Source: Pseudomonadota bacterium
Lineage (GTDB): Bacteria > Campylobacterota > Campylobacteria > Campylobacterales > Sulfurimonadaceae
Reading direction: 5' to 3'
Assembly: GCA_043797085.1 (NCBI GenBank)
Contig: JAZDQA010000005.1
Coordinates: forward strand, 128,001-192,000
Length of the DNA: 64,000 bases
Shown here piece after piece: positions 1-10,440 of the stretch. The notes under the pieces were generated by a model. It was not told the DNA's origin and searched no databases. It was given only the letters and a program-made list of their open reading frames with translations. A program made the translations under genes and the position numbers. Each line of letters begins with the position of its first letter. Within the stretch, counting starts at the first letter, position 1.

Positions 1-1
1 T

Positions 2-1270
2 TTTGTATCCTTATACGACAAAAGTGATAATTTCCCAACAGAAAAAGCCAAAATAAGTGATCTTTTTTTGGTATTTTTAACCATACTGGCAAGTGGGAGC
101 TTGATTAGTATATCGATTCCTTTACAGGTTGTAGTAACTCTAGCGATAATAGTTTTGGTATTTATACGTTTGATGATCAATAAAAAAATAGCTACAGTAG
201 TATTGCGAAATATTTTATTAATTATTATATTTGTTATTTTAATATTTTTTTTAAAAGTTCTTTTATCTAATACACAATCAATTTTTTCTTATGGCATATA
301 TTTTACAAATGTATTCGCAGCGGTATTAGTATTGGCATATTTTAGTGATAAGCCTTTTATGCTGACTAAAAGTATTTATATTGTTTTATTTTTTATCATG
401 TTGCATGCGCTTATTTCTTTATTGGCGTGGTATGTTGTCGGAGACAATCTCATATTTGTACCTGAAGTTAAAACGTACACTTTTTCCTACCTTTTTTATT
501 ATGTCTACACTGATTCAGATTCGCTGAATGCAATGAGGACGATTGATATTTTCGGATTCCCTTTTTTCCGTGGTAGCGGTATTTTTTGGGAACCGGGTAT
601 TTTACAGATTTATATGAACATTCTTTTTTTTATTTCTTTGTTTGTTTATCCTAACAAACGAATAGCGCAATTGACCTCTTTGGTTATTGTTACGACATGG
701 TCGTCGACCGGATTAGTTATTTTAATCCTTCAAATTGCCTTTTATGTCATCATAAAAGTATCAAAAAAGAATCTTTTTAAAACGGTGGTGTTAATTGCTA
801 TTTTTGCTGCACTTATCATTCCGATTAAGAAAAATCTGAGCGATAAATTTGAAGGGCAGGATGCTGGATCGGGATTTGCGCGGATCCTTGATACGATGAC
901 CGCAATAAATATTATTAAAAACTATCCGTTATTGGGAATCGAAGTAGATACAAAGGTATATGAAAGGGCATTGTCTGATAATCGTGCCGTTGTTGAGATG
1001 AAAGGGACAAATAATCAAAGGGATGCACATAACACGAATTCAGTTTTAAATTATGCAGTATTTTTCGGGATTCCGTTGGCACTCCTTTTACTGTACAGTT
1101 TGTACGGGCAAACTATTTTTATGAAAAACAAAATACTTTTCTTTTTCATTGTCGTAATTGCAATCTCAACCGAGCCGATAGGTTTTTATATTTTCCCCTT
1201 AATACTCATTTTTTCAAAATACATACTTAAGTACAGGGCAGGAGGGAATTATGAATTTAGATCGGCGTAA
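2..1270 (+). CDS. wzy: O-antigen/polysaccharide polymerase (Wzy/O-antigen ligase family), probably 5'-truncated by the window edge
   Basis: About 10 hydrophobic segments; RGSGIFWEPG and HNTNS motifs; the frame is open from base 2, upstream of the ORF-track start at 68; sits in a polysaccharide locus. Confidence 0.7.
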   Translation, partial: FVSLYDKSDNFPTEKAKISDLFLVFLTILASGSLISISIPLQVVVTLAIIVLVFIRLMINKKIATVVLRNILLIIIFVILIFFLKVLLSNTQSIFSYGIYFTNVFAAVLVLAYFSDKPFMLTKSIYIVLFFIMLHALISLLAWYVVGDNLIFVPEVKTYTFSYLFYYVYTDSDSLNAMRTIDIFGFPFFRGSGIFWEPGILQIYMNILFFISLFVYPNKRIAQLTSLVIVTTWSSTGLVILILQIAFYVIIKVSKKNLFKTVVLIAIFAALIIPIKKNLSDKFEGQDAGSGFARILDTMTAINIIKNYPLLGIEVDTKVYERALSDNRAVVEMKGTNNQRDAHNTNSVLNYAVFFGIPLALLLLYSLYGQTIFMKNKILFFFIVVIAISTEPIGFYIFPLILIFSKYILKYRAGGNYEFRSA

Positions 1271-2255
1271 GAGTAAAATTCTTTATATAGGTTTAGATTA
1301 TTATCATTATCCGAAAATGATTACGGAAGGGATAGAAAAACTTGGCTATCAGGTTGATTATTATCCGATTGAACCAAGGACTCTTTTTTACAAAATGACA
1401 CGCTATTTATTTAAGTTAGCATATCGAAAGGCATTGGATAAATATCATGATATGATTATTACCAAAAGTAGAGCAATAAAATATGATAAAGTTTTTTTCA
1501 TTACGACCCATTTTTTCTCAATTGATAATTTAGATAAGCTGAAAGAGTCTCAACATAGGGCTGAATTCATTAGCTATCATTGGGATAGCTTGAGCAAAGA
1601 CTATCGTTATTTAGAGACAAGGGATTATTTTAACCGAATATATTCATTTGATAAGGCTGATTGCGACCGGCATGGTATCCTCTATCTTCCTCTCTTTGCC
1701 AGCGGTATATACAGCGGATTTTCAGAGCGCAAGGGTGAGCAGGATATGGATATCTATATGGTCGGCTCTATTGTACAGACGAAGCGATATCAGTTGGTGC
1801 AGGAGTTCAAAAATTTCTGCCATAAAAATGGTATCAGTTTTTATTTTCATCTGAAAGTGACACCTGTGACGTATCTGAAACTATTACTTAGCAGGGTGAT
1901 ACCTCGAGGGGTCTCGTTTCATACGATGGAGGGTAATCTTATGAAAGAGATTGTTGGGCGCTCCAGAGCAGTACTAGATGTTACCAATCATGAGCAAAGT
2001 GGCTTAACAATGCGTGTAATCGAAAATATTGCGATCGGAAAAAAGTTGGTTACGACAAATATCAATATTGAAAAAGAGCCATTTTATAACAAAAATCAGG
2101 TATTTTTATTGGGTAAAGATAATATGAATAGATTAAAAGACTTTATAATGTTAGATATTAAAATAGAAAAACACCCGGAGCTATTTTTGGATTTCTGGCT
2201 GAAAAAGATTTTCAATGACGTGGAGGGGAGAGATGAAAACAATGGAGTCAATTAA
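1251..2255 (+). CDS. Putative glycosyltransferase-like polysaccharide biosynthesis protein (paralog 1)
   Basis: C-terminal SRAVLDV...QSGLTMRVIE...KLVTTN motif of GT-B/CgeB-like EPS proteins. Confidence 0.6.
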   Translation: MNLDRRKSKILYIGLDYYHYPKMITEGIEKLGYQVDYYPIEPRTLFYKMTRYLFKLAYRKALDKYHDMIITKSRAIKYDKVFFITTHFFSIDNLDKLKESQHRAEFISYHWDSLSKDYRYLETRDYFNRIYSFDKADCDRHGILYLPLFASGIYSGFSERKGEQDMDIYMVGSIVQTKRYQLVQEFKNFCHKNGISFYFHLKVTPVTYLKLLLSRVIPRGVSFHTMEGNLMKEIVGRSRAVLDVTNHEQSGLTMRVIENIAIGKKLVTTNINIEKEPFYNKNQVFLLGKDNMNRLKDFIMLDIKIEKHPELFLDFWLKKIFNDVEGRDENNGVN

Positions 2256-3213
2256 AATGGATAGTAAACTAAAAGTTCTTTATATCGGGTTGAATTTTTA
2301 CCATTATCCGAAAGTGATTGCCGAAGGGTTGGAAAATCTTGGATTTCAGGTGGATTTTTTTCCGATAGAACCACCCACAGCATCGTATAAACTCGCACGT
2401 TATGTTAAAAAATTTCGTAAAATTTCACTTGACCGCTATCATGATGAAATTATAACTAAAAGCACATCTGTGAAATATGATAAAGTCTTTTTTATTACTA
2501 CCCATTTTTTTTCATTGGAAAACCTCAAACGTCTGAAAGAGACTCAGACTAAGGCTGAATTTATCAGTTATCATTGGGACAGTATTGTAAGCGGATTCGA
2601 TTATTTGAATACGGTTCCATTTTTTGATAGAGTTTTTACCTTTGATCGGGTTGATTGTGAGGAGCATAATTTTCGATATCTTCCACTCTTTGCAAGTGGG
2701 ATTTATAGCAGCATAAGGCAAAAAAAGCGTAATTATGATATTGATGTATACACGGTAGGATCTGTATACAAACTACAGCGCTATTTTTTAGTTCATGAAT
2801 TTAAGAATTTCTGTGTCAAAAACGACATTAGTATTTACGTTCATTTGCATCTAACATTAGTGACATATATAAAACTTTTGCTTAAAGGAATAATTCCAAA
2901 AAATGTTTCATTAAGTGCTATTGACAATAATATTATGGAAGATATTACGTTTCATTCCCGTGCTGTACTAGATGTTCCCAATCGTCCTCAAAGTGGTTTG
3001 ACGATGCGTATCATTGAAAATATCGCTATCGGGAAAAAAATAGTTACGACAAATCTAAATATAGAAAAAGAGCCGTTTTACGACAAAAATCAGGTTTTTT
3101 TATTGGGTAAAGATAATATGGACGGGTTAAAGGAGTTCTTAGAACTGGATATTGAAATTCAGGAACGTTCCGAACTGATGCTGGATTCCTGGCTGAAAAA
3201 GATTTTTTTATGA
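2215..3213 (+). CDS. Putative glycosyltransferase-like polysaccharide biosynthesis protein (paralog 2)
   Basis: Highly similar to 1251..2255 (YDKVFFITTHFFS, AEFISYHWDS, YLPLFASGIYS, QSGLTMR); true start may be a later Met. Confidence 0.6.
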   Translation: MTWRGEMKTMESIKMDSKLKVLYIGLNFYHYPKVIAEGLENLGFQVDFFPIEPPTASYKLARYVKKFRKISLDRYHDEIITKSTSVKYDKVFFITTHFFSLENLKRLKETQTKAEFISYHWDSIVSGFDYLNTVPFFDRVFTFDRVDCEEHNFRYLPLFASGIYSSIRQKKRNYDIDVYTVGSVYKLQRYFLVHEFKNFCVKNDISIYVHLHLTLVTYIKLLLKGIIPKNVSLSAIDNNIMEDITFHSRAVLDVPNRPQSGLTMRIIENIAIGKKIVTTNLNIEKEPFYDKNQVFLLGKDNMDGLKEFLELDIEIQERSELMLDSWLKKIFL

Positions 3214-4163
3214 AACGGTGCCTCTTAATCACCCCTTTGAGTTTTTATACTTGGCATTCGACAATGGCAAAAGAGCTTATTGGCCGAGGATACAGTGTTG
3301 ATACGATGAATGATGAGTATCCCGAAGGGCTTCTGGGACTTTTACTGGGAAATTTTTTGAACGTCATTTCCCGAAAAATTACCCTTAGCAGATTTAGGGA
3401 ATATTTTGAGGATGATAGTCGGAGATATGATCTTATCATTATTTTCAAAGGGAGAGGTGTTTCAGCCGATTTGCTAAAATTGCTAAAACTGAATTCAAAC
3501 AGAGTCGTAGCGTATAATTTTGATTCGTTTAATTATTTTAGCAATCCACTGCAGTGGTATAAAGAAGTGTCTGTATACAAAACATTTGATTTTGTCGACG
3601 CAATAGAGCATCAGATAGAGAGGGTAGACCTTTTTTCGGATAGTTTGATCGAGGTACTTCCTGAGAAAACGGTGGATATTTCTTGCGTTATTAAAAATCA
3701 TTCGGACCGTTTGGTTTATTTGAATCAAATATACAGTGCGTTGCACAAAGATTTGAGTTTTAAGATTTTTATTTACGAAAAAAATCTTTTGACGCTTTTG
3801 AAAAACAGTTTAGTGCACCCGTTCTTGATCTACAAATGGCGCAAACATATTTATTTTAATGGGTTGAATCAAACTGATTATTTTAATCTTTTAGCCATCT
3901 CCAAATTTACGCTCGATTACGCCCATCCGAGTCAGTCTGGGATCACAATGCGTTGTTTTCAATCTGCCGCATGCGGTACGATAGTGATTACTAATAATGG
4001 ACACATACAAATGAGTGATAAGCTAAGCGAGGATAATTATTTCGTTTACAAGCTTGATGATGATCTCAAAAAGCTCGAAAAATTTATAAAAGACAAAATT
4101 GGAGCCAAACCAGTAGTAAACTATCGAGGGGTCAGTAATTTTATAGATGATTTGCTACAATAA
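3210..4163 (+). CDS. Putative glycosyltransferase-like protein (diverged paralog 3)
   Basis: YNFDS and SKFTLDYAHPSQSGITMRCF...VITNN motifs of the same family. Confidence 0.55.
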   Translation: MKRCLLITPLSFYTWHSTMAKELIGRGYSVDTMNDEYPEGLLGLLLGNFLNVISRKITLSRFREYFEDDSRRYDLIIIFKGRGVSADLLKLLKLNSNRVVAYNFDSFNYFSNPLQWYKEVSVYKTFDFVDAIEHQIERVDLFSDSLIEVLPEKTVDISCVIKNHSDRLVYLNQIYSALHKDLSFKIFIYEKNLLTLLKNSLVHPFLIYKWRKHIYFNGLNQTDYFNLLAISKFTLDYAHPSQSGITMRCFQSAACGTIVITNNGHIQMSDKLSEDNYFVYKLDDDLKKLEKFIKDKIGAKPVVNYRGVSNFIDDLLQ

Positions 4164-4221
4164 AGAACATAATAAGGGAAAAAATGAAGATAATATTAAA
4201 TATAACAGAAGGGTTTCTAGT

Positions 4222-5238
4222 ATGAAAAAAATCGCATTAATTGGTATTGGAAAAATGGGAATGTCTCATTTGGCAATAGCAAATCAAACACCAGGAATTG
4301 AAGTTGTGGCAGTTGTTGATACATCTAAGACTTTATTGAGATTTGTAGAAAAGAATACAAGGTTCAAATGTTTTTCTGATTATAAAAAAATGATTGAGGA
4401 AATAGAACTTGATGGTGTTATGGTATTGGTACCAAATGCATTTCATTTTGATATTGCAAAATATTGTATTGAAAAAGGAATTAATGTATTTGTTGAAAAA
4501 CCATTTACACTGAGTTATGAAGATAGTCAAACTCTTGTAAATTTAGCTAAAGAAAAAAATGTCAAGGGTCAGGTTGGCTATGTGAATCGTTTTAATCCAG
4601 TTTTTGAAAAAGTTAAAAAATTACTAGAAAAAGATATTATCGGTGATGTTACAAATTATATAAATCGTATGACTGGTGGCGTTATTTTGAAAGAGAATAA
4701 AGGTTGGAGAAATGATTACACAAAAGGTGGTGGATGTTTATTTGATTATGGACCACATTGTTTTGACTTATCAACCTATTTTTTCGGAACAGATGTAAAA
4801 GTACAATCGTCTGTATTAAAAAAAGTTTTTTCATCTTCTGTAGATGATATTGTTTATTCAACTTTGTTGCATAATAATAAAATTCTTGGAATAAATTATA
4901 TAAATTGGTCTGATAGTTCTGTAAGAAAAGCAACTAATAGTATTGAAATAGTTGGGACTAAAGGAAAGATGACGGCAAGTAAGTATGAAATAAGTATTTT
5001 CTTAATTGAAGACAATAGTGAGCTAGGTTTTGAGAAAGGATGGAATCAAATTTATGTAACAGATGAAAGCACTAATGTAGCTTATTACTTAAGAGGTGAA
5101 GATTTTTCTCGTCAACTATCTGAATTTTCAAAATTACTTAACGGTGAAATTAATGAATCTAGATCTACATTGCATAGTGCAAGTATCACAGACAAACTAC
5201 TTGAAGAAACAAAAAAACTTGCAGGAGGGTTAGTATAA
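4222..5238 (+). CDS. Gfo/Idh/MocA family NAD-dependent oxidoreductase
   Basis: GIGKMG Rossmann motif, VFVEKP, GGGCLFDYGPH; likely start is ATG 4222 (ORF track starts at 4147). Confidence 0.9.
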   Translation: MKKIALIGIGKMGMSHLAIANQTPGIEVVAVVDTSKTLLRFVEKNTRFKCFSDYKKMIEEIELDGVMVLVPNAFHFDIAKYCIEKGINVFVEKPFTLSYEDSQTLVNLAKEKNVKGQVGYVNRFNPVFEKVKKLLEKDIIGDVTNYINRMTGGVILKENKGWRNDYTKGGGCLFDYGPHCFDLSTYFFGTDVKVQSSVLKKVFSSSVDDIVYSTLLHNNKILGINYINWSDSSVRKATNSIEIVGTKGKMTASKYEISIFLIEDNSELGFEKGWNQIYVTDESTNVAYYLRGEDFSRQLSEFSKLLNGEINESRSTLHSASITDKLLEETKKLAGGLV

Positions 5239-6098
5239 TGGATAAAATTATTTTTGGAGACAATCAATTTTTTGGTGTAAATCACATGTCTGAACAAACA
5301 GCAATAAAGCAGTCACAAAAATTTAAAACACCAGAAGATATTTATAATACTTTAAAATATGTAAATGAAATTGGTATTAAAAGTTTTATGTTCACGACGC
5401 ATAGTCAATTAGAGCCAGTATTAAAATTGATAAAAGAAAATTCTAATTTTAATGATTTTAAATTATATCCATGCATGCCATATGCTCATAAGTATGCTGA
5501 AGCAATGGTAGAACTAGGTATATTTGAAACAATTAGTAAGTTTACACCAGGGAATAAATTAGTCGCAGGTTTGAAAGGAATAAGTTCTGCTGTAACATCA
5601 AATCCAGTTCCTATGATGGAATTGCTTGTTGATTCAGAAATGAAATTATTAGAAGGAATGAATGTAAAAGGAATTTTTTTATTAAATATTGTAACTGATC
5701 TTTTATTGGGGTTAGAGATGTATGATATGTTATTGGAATTTTCAAAATATACAGAAAAAAAATATAATGTAAAAGCTGGATTTTTCACTATGAATCATGT
5801 TAAATTACATGATGTATTGGTTAATAAATTGGGATTAGAAAATCCAATTATAATTAGCGATATTAATAAAATAGGTTTTAGAATGAACCCATCTCAAGAA
5901 GAGGTTGAAGAGATATTGGTTAAACATGATAGCTATAATATCGCAATGTCAATCTTAGCTTCAGGTGCAATCAATCCAAAAGAAGCTGTAAAGTATATTG
6001 GTGAATTACCTGGGGTAGATTCAGTAGTATTTGGAGCGTCATCCCCAGCTAATATTCAAGAAACGAAAAGATTATTAGAAGAAATATTTATAAAATAA
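5238..6098 (+). CDS. Hypothetical protein, possibly TIM-barrel/aldo-keto-reductase-like, associated with polysaccharide loci
   Basis: IIFGDNQFFGVNH N-terminus, AMSILASGA and VVFGASS C-terminal motifs; start overlaps the upstream stop. Confidence 0.5.
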   Translation: MDKIIFGDNQFFGVNHMSEQTAIKQSQKFKTPEDIYNTLKYVNEIGIKSFMFTTHSQLEPVLKLIKENSNFNDFKLYPCMPYAHKYAEAMVELGIFETISKFTPGNKLVAGLKGISSAVTSNPVPMMELLVDSEMKLLEGMNVKGIFLLNIVTDLLLGLEMYDMLLEFSKYTEKKYNVKAGFFTMNHVKLHDVLVNKLGLENPIIISDINKIGFRMNPSQEEVEEILVKHDSYNIAMSILASGAINPKEAVKYIGELPGVDSVVFGASSPANIQETKRLLEEIFIK

Positions 6099-6127
6099 AC
6101 AGCCGTATAACCATATAACCAAACCAA

Positions 6128-6480
6128 TGGGGTCAGGTATGAATGGCACTTACTTAAGCTTTTTAGGGTGCCCATTCTTTCGGATTTCTTCCCTAGCCAC
6201 ATCTCTTAATTTCATCAATAGCGGGTAATCATTTCGCCTTCTTTTGATAGCGCGAGGTTCCACCCGTCCAGCTCGATTTCCAATATGTTTTTCACTAATG
6301 CGTCTTAAAAGTTTTTTTTGTGGTGATATTGTTATTGTTGCTAAATGCAAAAATCAACTGTAGTGTATGTTTAAAACTGATTTCTCTAGGAAGTAGTGTA
6401 CATTGGAGTGCAGAAGCTAGCATTATTGAGCGTATTAAATTATACGCTAAAAAATAAATCCTTAACTCTTTGATTGCCAT
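6128..6480 (-). mobile_element. IS4-family transposase 3' relic (frameshifted) with putative terminal sequence
   Basis: Fragments KELRIYFLAYNLIRSIM...ISFKHTLQL (6295..6480) and GNRAGRVEPRAIKRR...GHPKKLK (6150..6350) lie in two frames. Confidence 0.75.
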
Positions 6481-6751
6481 CTGTGGTGTTTTACAGCTGA
6501 TAATAATGTTTAGCTACAATTTTAGAAGAGTTATAAACCTAATAGGAACAGCACTCTTTAGAAAGTTGCTAATTGCTCTACGAAACGGCAATATTAATAC
6601 TATTAAAGAGGAAATTGCAGCGTATATCAGCAGGTATTTAGATATTTCGGGCTACTTTTTTCAAATATTGATTATCTTTGGTTTTATGAAGAAAAATGCC
6701 AAGTATATTCTACGATAAGACTGAAAAAGAGTTTAGTTCTTTCACAGTCTC
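6480..6751 (+). mobile_element. IS1182-like transposase C-terminal relic with putative right end
   Basis: LIIMFSYNFRRVINLIG motif; followed by TTTCACAGTCT, which resembles IS1182 termini. Confidence 0.55.
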
Positions 6752-6779
6752 CAGGGGTTAGGAATTGCTGCTGTTGATT

Positions 6780-7865
6780 TTATTTCTGGCTTAGTATTGA
6801 TCTTTTTTTATTTCGCTTTTTACGATGGTAGGTGAAAGGTTTAGTCTGGCGTTCCAGCATCCCATTTAAAAGGATATAGCTGATCACGAGGAGGAGGATA
6901 AACATCAGGAGAATGTAACGTTGTTTAATACCATTTTCGATAAAAGTGAGTCCCATAAAAGAATAAAACAATTGACCCAATGTCAGTAAAATGACGGTCA
7001 TTCTAACATTGCCTTTGAAAAACTGCAGCACGAGATGGTGTAAATGAGTTTTATCGGGTGAGAACATCGAACGCCCGTTTCGTTTTCGGCGGATCATAAC
7101 GATTAGGGTATCAATAATCGGCAAAGCAGCAATAAACAGTATGGTAATAGGCTCTACATAATCAAGTGCACGGATAGAAACTATGGAGATAATAACACCA
7201 AGGGTGAGTGATCCGCTATCTCCCATAAAAATCTTTGCAGGATTCCAATTGAACCACAAAAAAGCAACTAATGCTGAGATAAAAGAAAGCGATAAAGAGA
7301 CCATAAAGCTATCGTTGTGCTCATACCCGATAAAACATAAGGCAGATAAAATAATGATACTTAGAGAGGTTGCTAAACCATCCAGACCGTCTGAAAGATT
7401 AAGAGCGTTAGTAAAGCCGGCAATAGCAATCAGAGTAAAAGGAAAAGCAAACCACCCAAGCGGTATTGAATATCCGAAAACATGACCTAGATGTTTGATA
7501 TAAGTACCATCAACGTAAAAAAAAACTACTGCGATAAAAATAACTAAAAATTTTGCATTAGGAGAAGTGTCACGGTGATCATCAAGAATACCAACCGCAA
7601 AAATAATAAATATACCAATCAATACCCATGGATGTGATAAATGAGCTGTATTTAAAAAGAGTAAATCTGAGCATATAACCGCAAATACAATACCAATACC
7701 CGCGCCGCGTGGAGTGATTTTTTTATGATGACTACGGTGATTCGGAATATCAATAAGACCAAGTGATGGTGCATAATGGATTATTAGTTTAATAAAAATA
7801 AAACTGAGAATAAAAACAGTAAAAAGTTTGGCACCAAAAAATAACAATAAAATGACTCTTTTCAT
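6780..7865 (-). CDS. wecA: Undecaprenyl-phosphate N-acetylhexosamine-1-phosphate transferase (WecA/MraY family)
   Basis: TPRGAG, GILDD, NALNLSDGLDGLA, NWNPAKIFMGDSGS, HLHH motifs. Confidence 0.9.
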   Translation of the reverse strand: MKRVILLLFFGAKLFTVFILSFIFIKLIIHYAPSLGLIDIPNHRSHHKKITPRGAGIGIVFAVICSDLLFLNTAHLSHPWVLIGIFIIFAVGILDDHRDTSPNAKFLVIFIAVVFFYVDGTYIKHLGHVFGYSIPLGWFAFPFTLIAIAGFTNALNLSDGLDGLATSLSIIILSALCFIGYEHNDSFMVSLSLSFISALVAFLWFNWNPAKIFMGDSGSLTLGVIISIVSIRALDYVEPITILFIAALPIIDTLIVMIRRKRNGRSMFSPDKTHLHHLVLQFFKGNVRMTVILLTLGQLFYSFMGLTFIENGIKQRYILLMFILLLVISYILLNGMLERQTKPFTYHRKKRNKKRSILSQK

Positions 7866-8151
7866 GATAAATTGTCTAATAAGTATTGCATAAATTTACT
7901 TAGAAAATTATTTATAAATAGTAGATAGCATACTCCATTGTGCTAAGAAATTGACAAAATAGTGGTCAAAAAGTATACTATTGCTAAAAGAGGGTCAAGA
8001 GTTTTTTTAGAAAAGAATGAACAAGTAAAAGCGACTGAGGGATTATTAAAATAATGAGAGCAGTAGGAATCTAATAAATATTATGTTAAAATCAAATAGA
8101 ATTTAAAAGTATGTAAAACAGCATAAATAGTAGTGTAAAGGAGTATAAAAA

Positions 8152-9081
8152 ATGATCATATTGGGAAAAAAATACAAATTTACATCACTCGAAGAGCAAA
8201 GACTCATAAAAAAGTTTGGTAATTATGAAGTCATCACAACTTCAAATCGAGATCCTTATGAGGTTATAGCCGAGCTTTCCAAATATATCGAAATGCATGG
8301 TGCTAGTATGCTAGTGCTTAACATGCGCAATCAAGTGCATGATGAAATCGTCATGTATTTGACTAAACTACAGTTTCAAAATAAAAGTAAACGTTTTGTA
8401 GTCATGAGCATGAGTCGTTTTACTGAAGCGTATCTCCAAAAATGTTATATACCCGATGATGAAAACAACCTCTTTTTTCTCGAAGATATTGTCTCGTACA
8501 GTCAGTGGCAGTATTTTCAAAAGCGATGTATTGATTATTTTGGAGTGTTTTGGCTTTTTTTCTTTTCGTGGACTGTGTTGCTGTGGAGTGCTATTAGAAT
8601 CAAGCAGCAGTCACCCGGATCGATATTGTTTCGACAAGATAGAGTGGGGGTAAATAATGAGATTTTTAAATGCACAAAATTTCGATCCATGCATGAAAAT
8701 TCTCATCACGATGCCTACACGAGAGAGAATGATACGCGGATTTTTCCATTTGCTCATACCATGCGAAAAACAAGGTTTGACGAGTTACCGCAGATGTGGA
8801 ATATCCTAAAAGGGGAAATGCACCTGATAGGTCCAAGAACGGAATGGGACATATTGGTAGCTCAATATGAATCGCAAATCCCTTATTATAATGAGCGCCA
8901 TTTGGTACGTCCGGGAGTAACTGGGTGGGCGCAGGTGATGTATCCGTATGGTGCAAACGCTGAGGATGCACGCCAAAAATTGATGTATGATTTGTATTAC
9001 ATCAAACACTGGAGCATGGGATTGGAACTAAAGATCGTCTGGATGACAGCGATGACGGTGATCGGGAAAAAAGGGATATAA
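8152..9081 (+). CDS. Priming sugar transferase (Bac_transf, WcaJ/WbaP-like)
   Basis: KFRSM, RFDELPQ, HLIGPR, RPGVTGWAQV, DLYYIKHWS motifs. Confidence 0.92.
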   Translation: MIILGKKYKFTSLEEQRLIKKFGNYEVITTSNRDPYEVIAELSKYIEMHGASMLVLNMRNQVHDEIVMYLTKLQFQNKSKRFVVMSMSRFTEAYLQKCYIPDDENNLFFLEDIVSYSQWQYFQKRCIDYFGVFWLFFFSWTVLLWSAIRIKQQSPGSILFRQDRVGVNNEIFKCTKFRSMHENSHHDAYTRENDTRIFPFAHTMRKTRFDELPQMWNILKGEMHLIGPRTEWDILVAQYESQIPYYNERHLVRPGVTGWAQVMYPYGANAEDARQKLMYDLYYIKHWSMGLELKIVWMTAMTVIGKKGI

Positions 9082-9137
9082 AAGTTAGAAGTTTGCTATT
9101 TGGAAATTTTGGAAAATCGGATGGCAGAGAAAATGGT

Positions 9138-9161
9138 GTCAGAAGTTTACTATTAACTAAA
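9138..9161 (+). repeat. 24-bp direct repeat, left copy, flanking the ATPase gene
   Basis: GTCAGAAGTTTACTATTAACTAAA; 1 mismatch to 10411-10434. Confidence 0.85.
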
Positions 9162-9234
9162 AAGTAACTATGCAATTGCATTCCTCTTATAGCAAAAGAA
9201 AGGTTATATATTTAGTAATTAACATAAATACCTA

Positions 9235-9263
9235 TTGACATCAATATAATGTTTATGTAATAT
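9235..9263 (+). promoter_or_regulatory. Putative sigma70 promoter of the ATPase gene, with a palindrome over the -35
   Basis: TTGACA-17 nt-TAATAT; TATTGA-CA-TCAATA inverted repeat. Confidence 0.5.
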
Positions 9264-9297
9264 ACAAAATATTATTTTTATTTAAAAAGGTTACAAC

Positions 9298-10383
9298 ATG
9301 AAACTAAATGCTGGTGGACTTAGTTCAGTTGTGATTGGTAGAGAAATAGAACTTATGCAGCTTGATGCTTATGTATCTTTTGGACAACATATCGCCATCA
9401 TTGCTCCAAGAAGATATGGGAAAACTACTTTAGTGAATGCATTTTTAGACAAACAAGAAAATGAATATCTTATTTGTAAAATTGATGTATTTTCAGCTTC
9501 TACAATTAGAGAATTTTGCGAGATATACATAGACTCTATTTACAAGTTAGATGGGGTTAAAAACTTTGTAAAACATGCTAAAGATAATGTTATGGAGATT
9601 ATGGGAAGATTTTCTTTGGAATATAGTGATGTTAAAGTTGGGTATGATTTGCTTAAAGAAGAAGATGAAAATGAGCTTGTGAGAAAAACATTTGATTTGG
9701 CGCAAAGCATATCACTATCCAAAGGGAAAAAACTGATTGCTTTTTTTGATGAGTTTGGAGATTTGGCAAAATTTGGACAAGATTTCATCAAAAAACTAAG
9801 AAGCTATTTTCAAACTCATTCCAATGTGGTTTATATTTTTGCTGGGAGTCAACAAAGTGTTATGGATGATATTTTTTTGAATTCAGATAATGCATTTTTT
9901 AACTTCGCAACACTTATGAGAATAGGAAGATTGTCAAATGAATCGATTGAAGCTTTTGCGCGTGAACTTATTCTCAATGAAACAATTAGGTTTGATAATG
10001 AAGCGGTTATAGCTTTAATAAAGAGTGTTAATGGTCATCCTTTTTATACTATAAAAGTTTTGCAAGAGGGATATATTTGCTTTTTGATGGAAAGTAGTGG
10101 TGAACTTAGTATTTCTACCAATAATATCCATCAAGCTATTGAAAAGATTTTATTTGACAATGCTATTTATTTTGAAACTTTGTGGCAAAAACTTAACTCT
10201 AAAAAACATAAAGGCTCAATAGTAAAAGAGTTGGCAGTTAAGGGATTTAAAGGGGGAGACAAGGTAAGTTTGTCTTACAAAAGTCAAATGATAAAAGAGC
10301 TCAAAGATGATGGTATCATCGATGAACATAAACAATTTTTTGACCCGATGTTTTTGAAATGGTTGCAAAGTGATAATAAATAA
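9298..10383 (+). CDS. Orphan AAA+/P-loop ATPase (archaeal-ATPase-like)
   Basis: Walker A APRRYGKTT, Walker B AFFDEF, IFAGS, GHPFY. Confidence 0.8.
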   Translation: MKLNAGGLSSVVIGREIELMQLDAYVSFGQHIAIIAPRRYGKTTLVNAFLDKQENEYLICKIDVFSASTIREFCEIYIDSIYKLDGVKNFVKHAKDNVMEIMGRFSLEYSDVKVGYDLLKEEDENELVRKTFDLAQSISLSKGKKLIAFFDEFGDLAKFGQDFIKKLRSYFQTHSNVVYIFAGSQQSVMDDIFLNSDNAFFNFATLMRIGRLSNESIEAFARELILNETIRFDNEAVIALIKSVNGHPFYTIKVLQEGYICFLMESSGELSISTNNIHQAIEKILFDNAIYFETLWQKLNSKKHKGSIVKELAVKGFKGGDKVSLSYKSQMIKELKDDGIIDEHKQFFDPMFLKWLQSDNK

Positions 10384-10410
10384 TCATCAAAATAGCAAAT
10401 AAAAAATAGG

Positions 10411-10434
10411 GTCAGAAGTTTGCTATTAACTAAA
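10411..10434 (+). repeat. 24-bp direct repeat, right copy
   Basis: GTCAGAAGTTTGCTATTAACTAAA. Confidence 0.85.
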
Positions 10435-10440
10435 TCTGAT

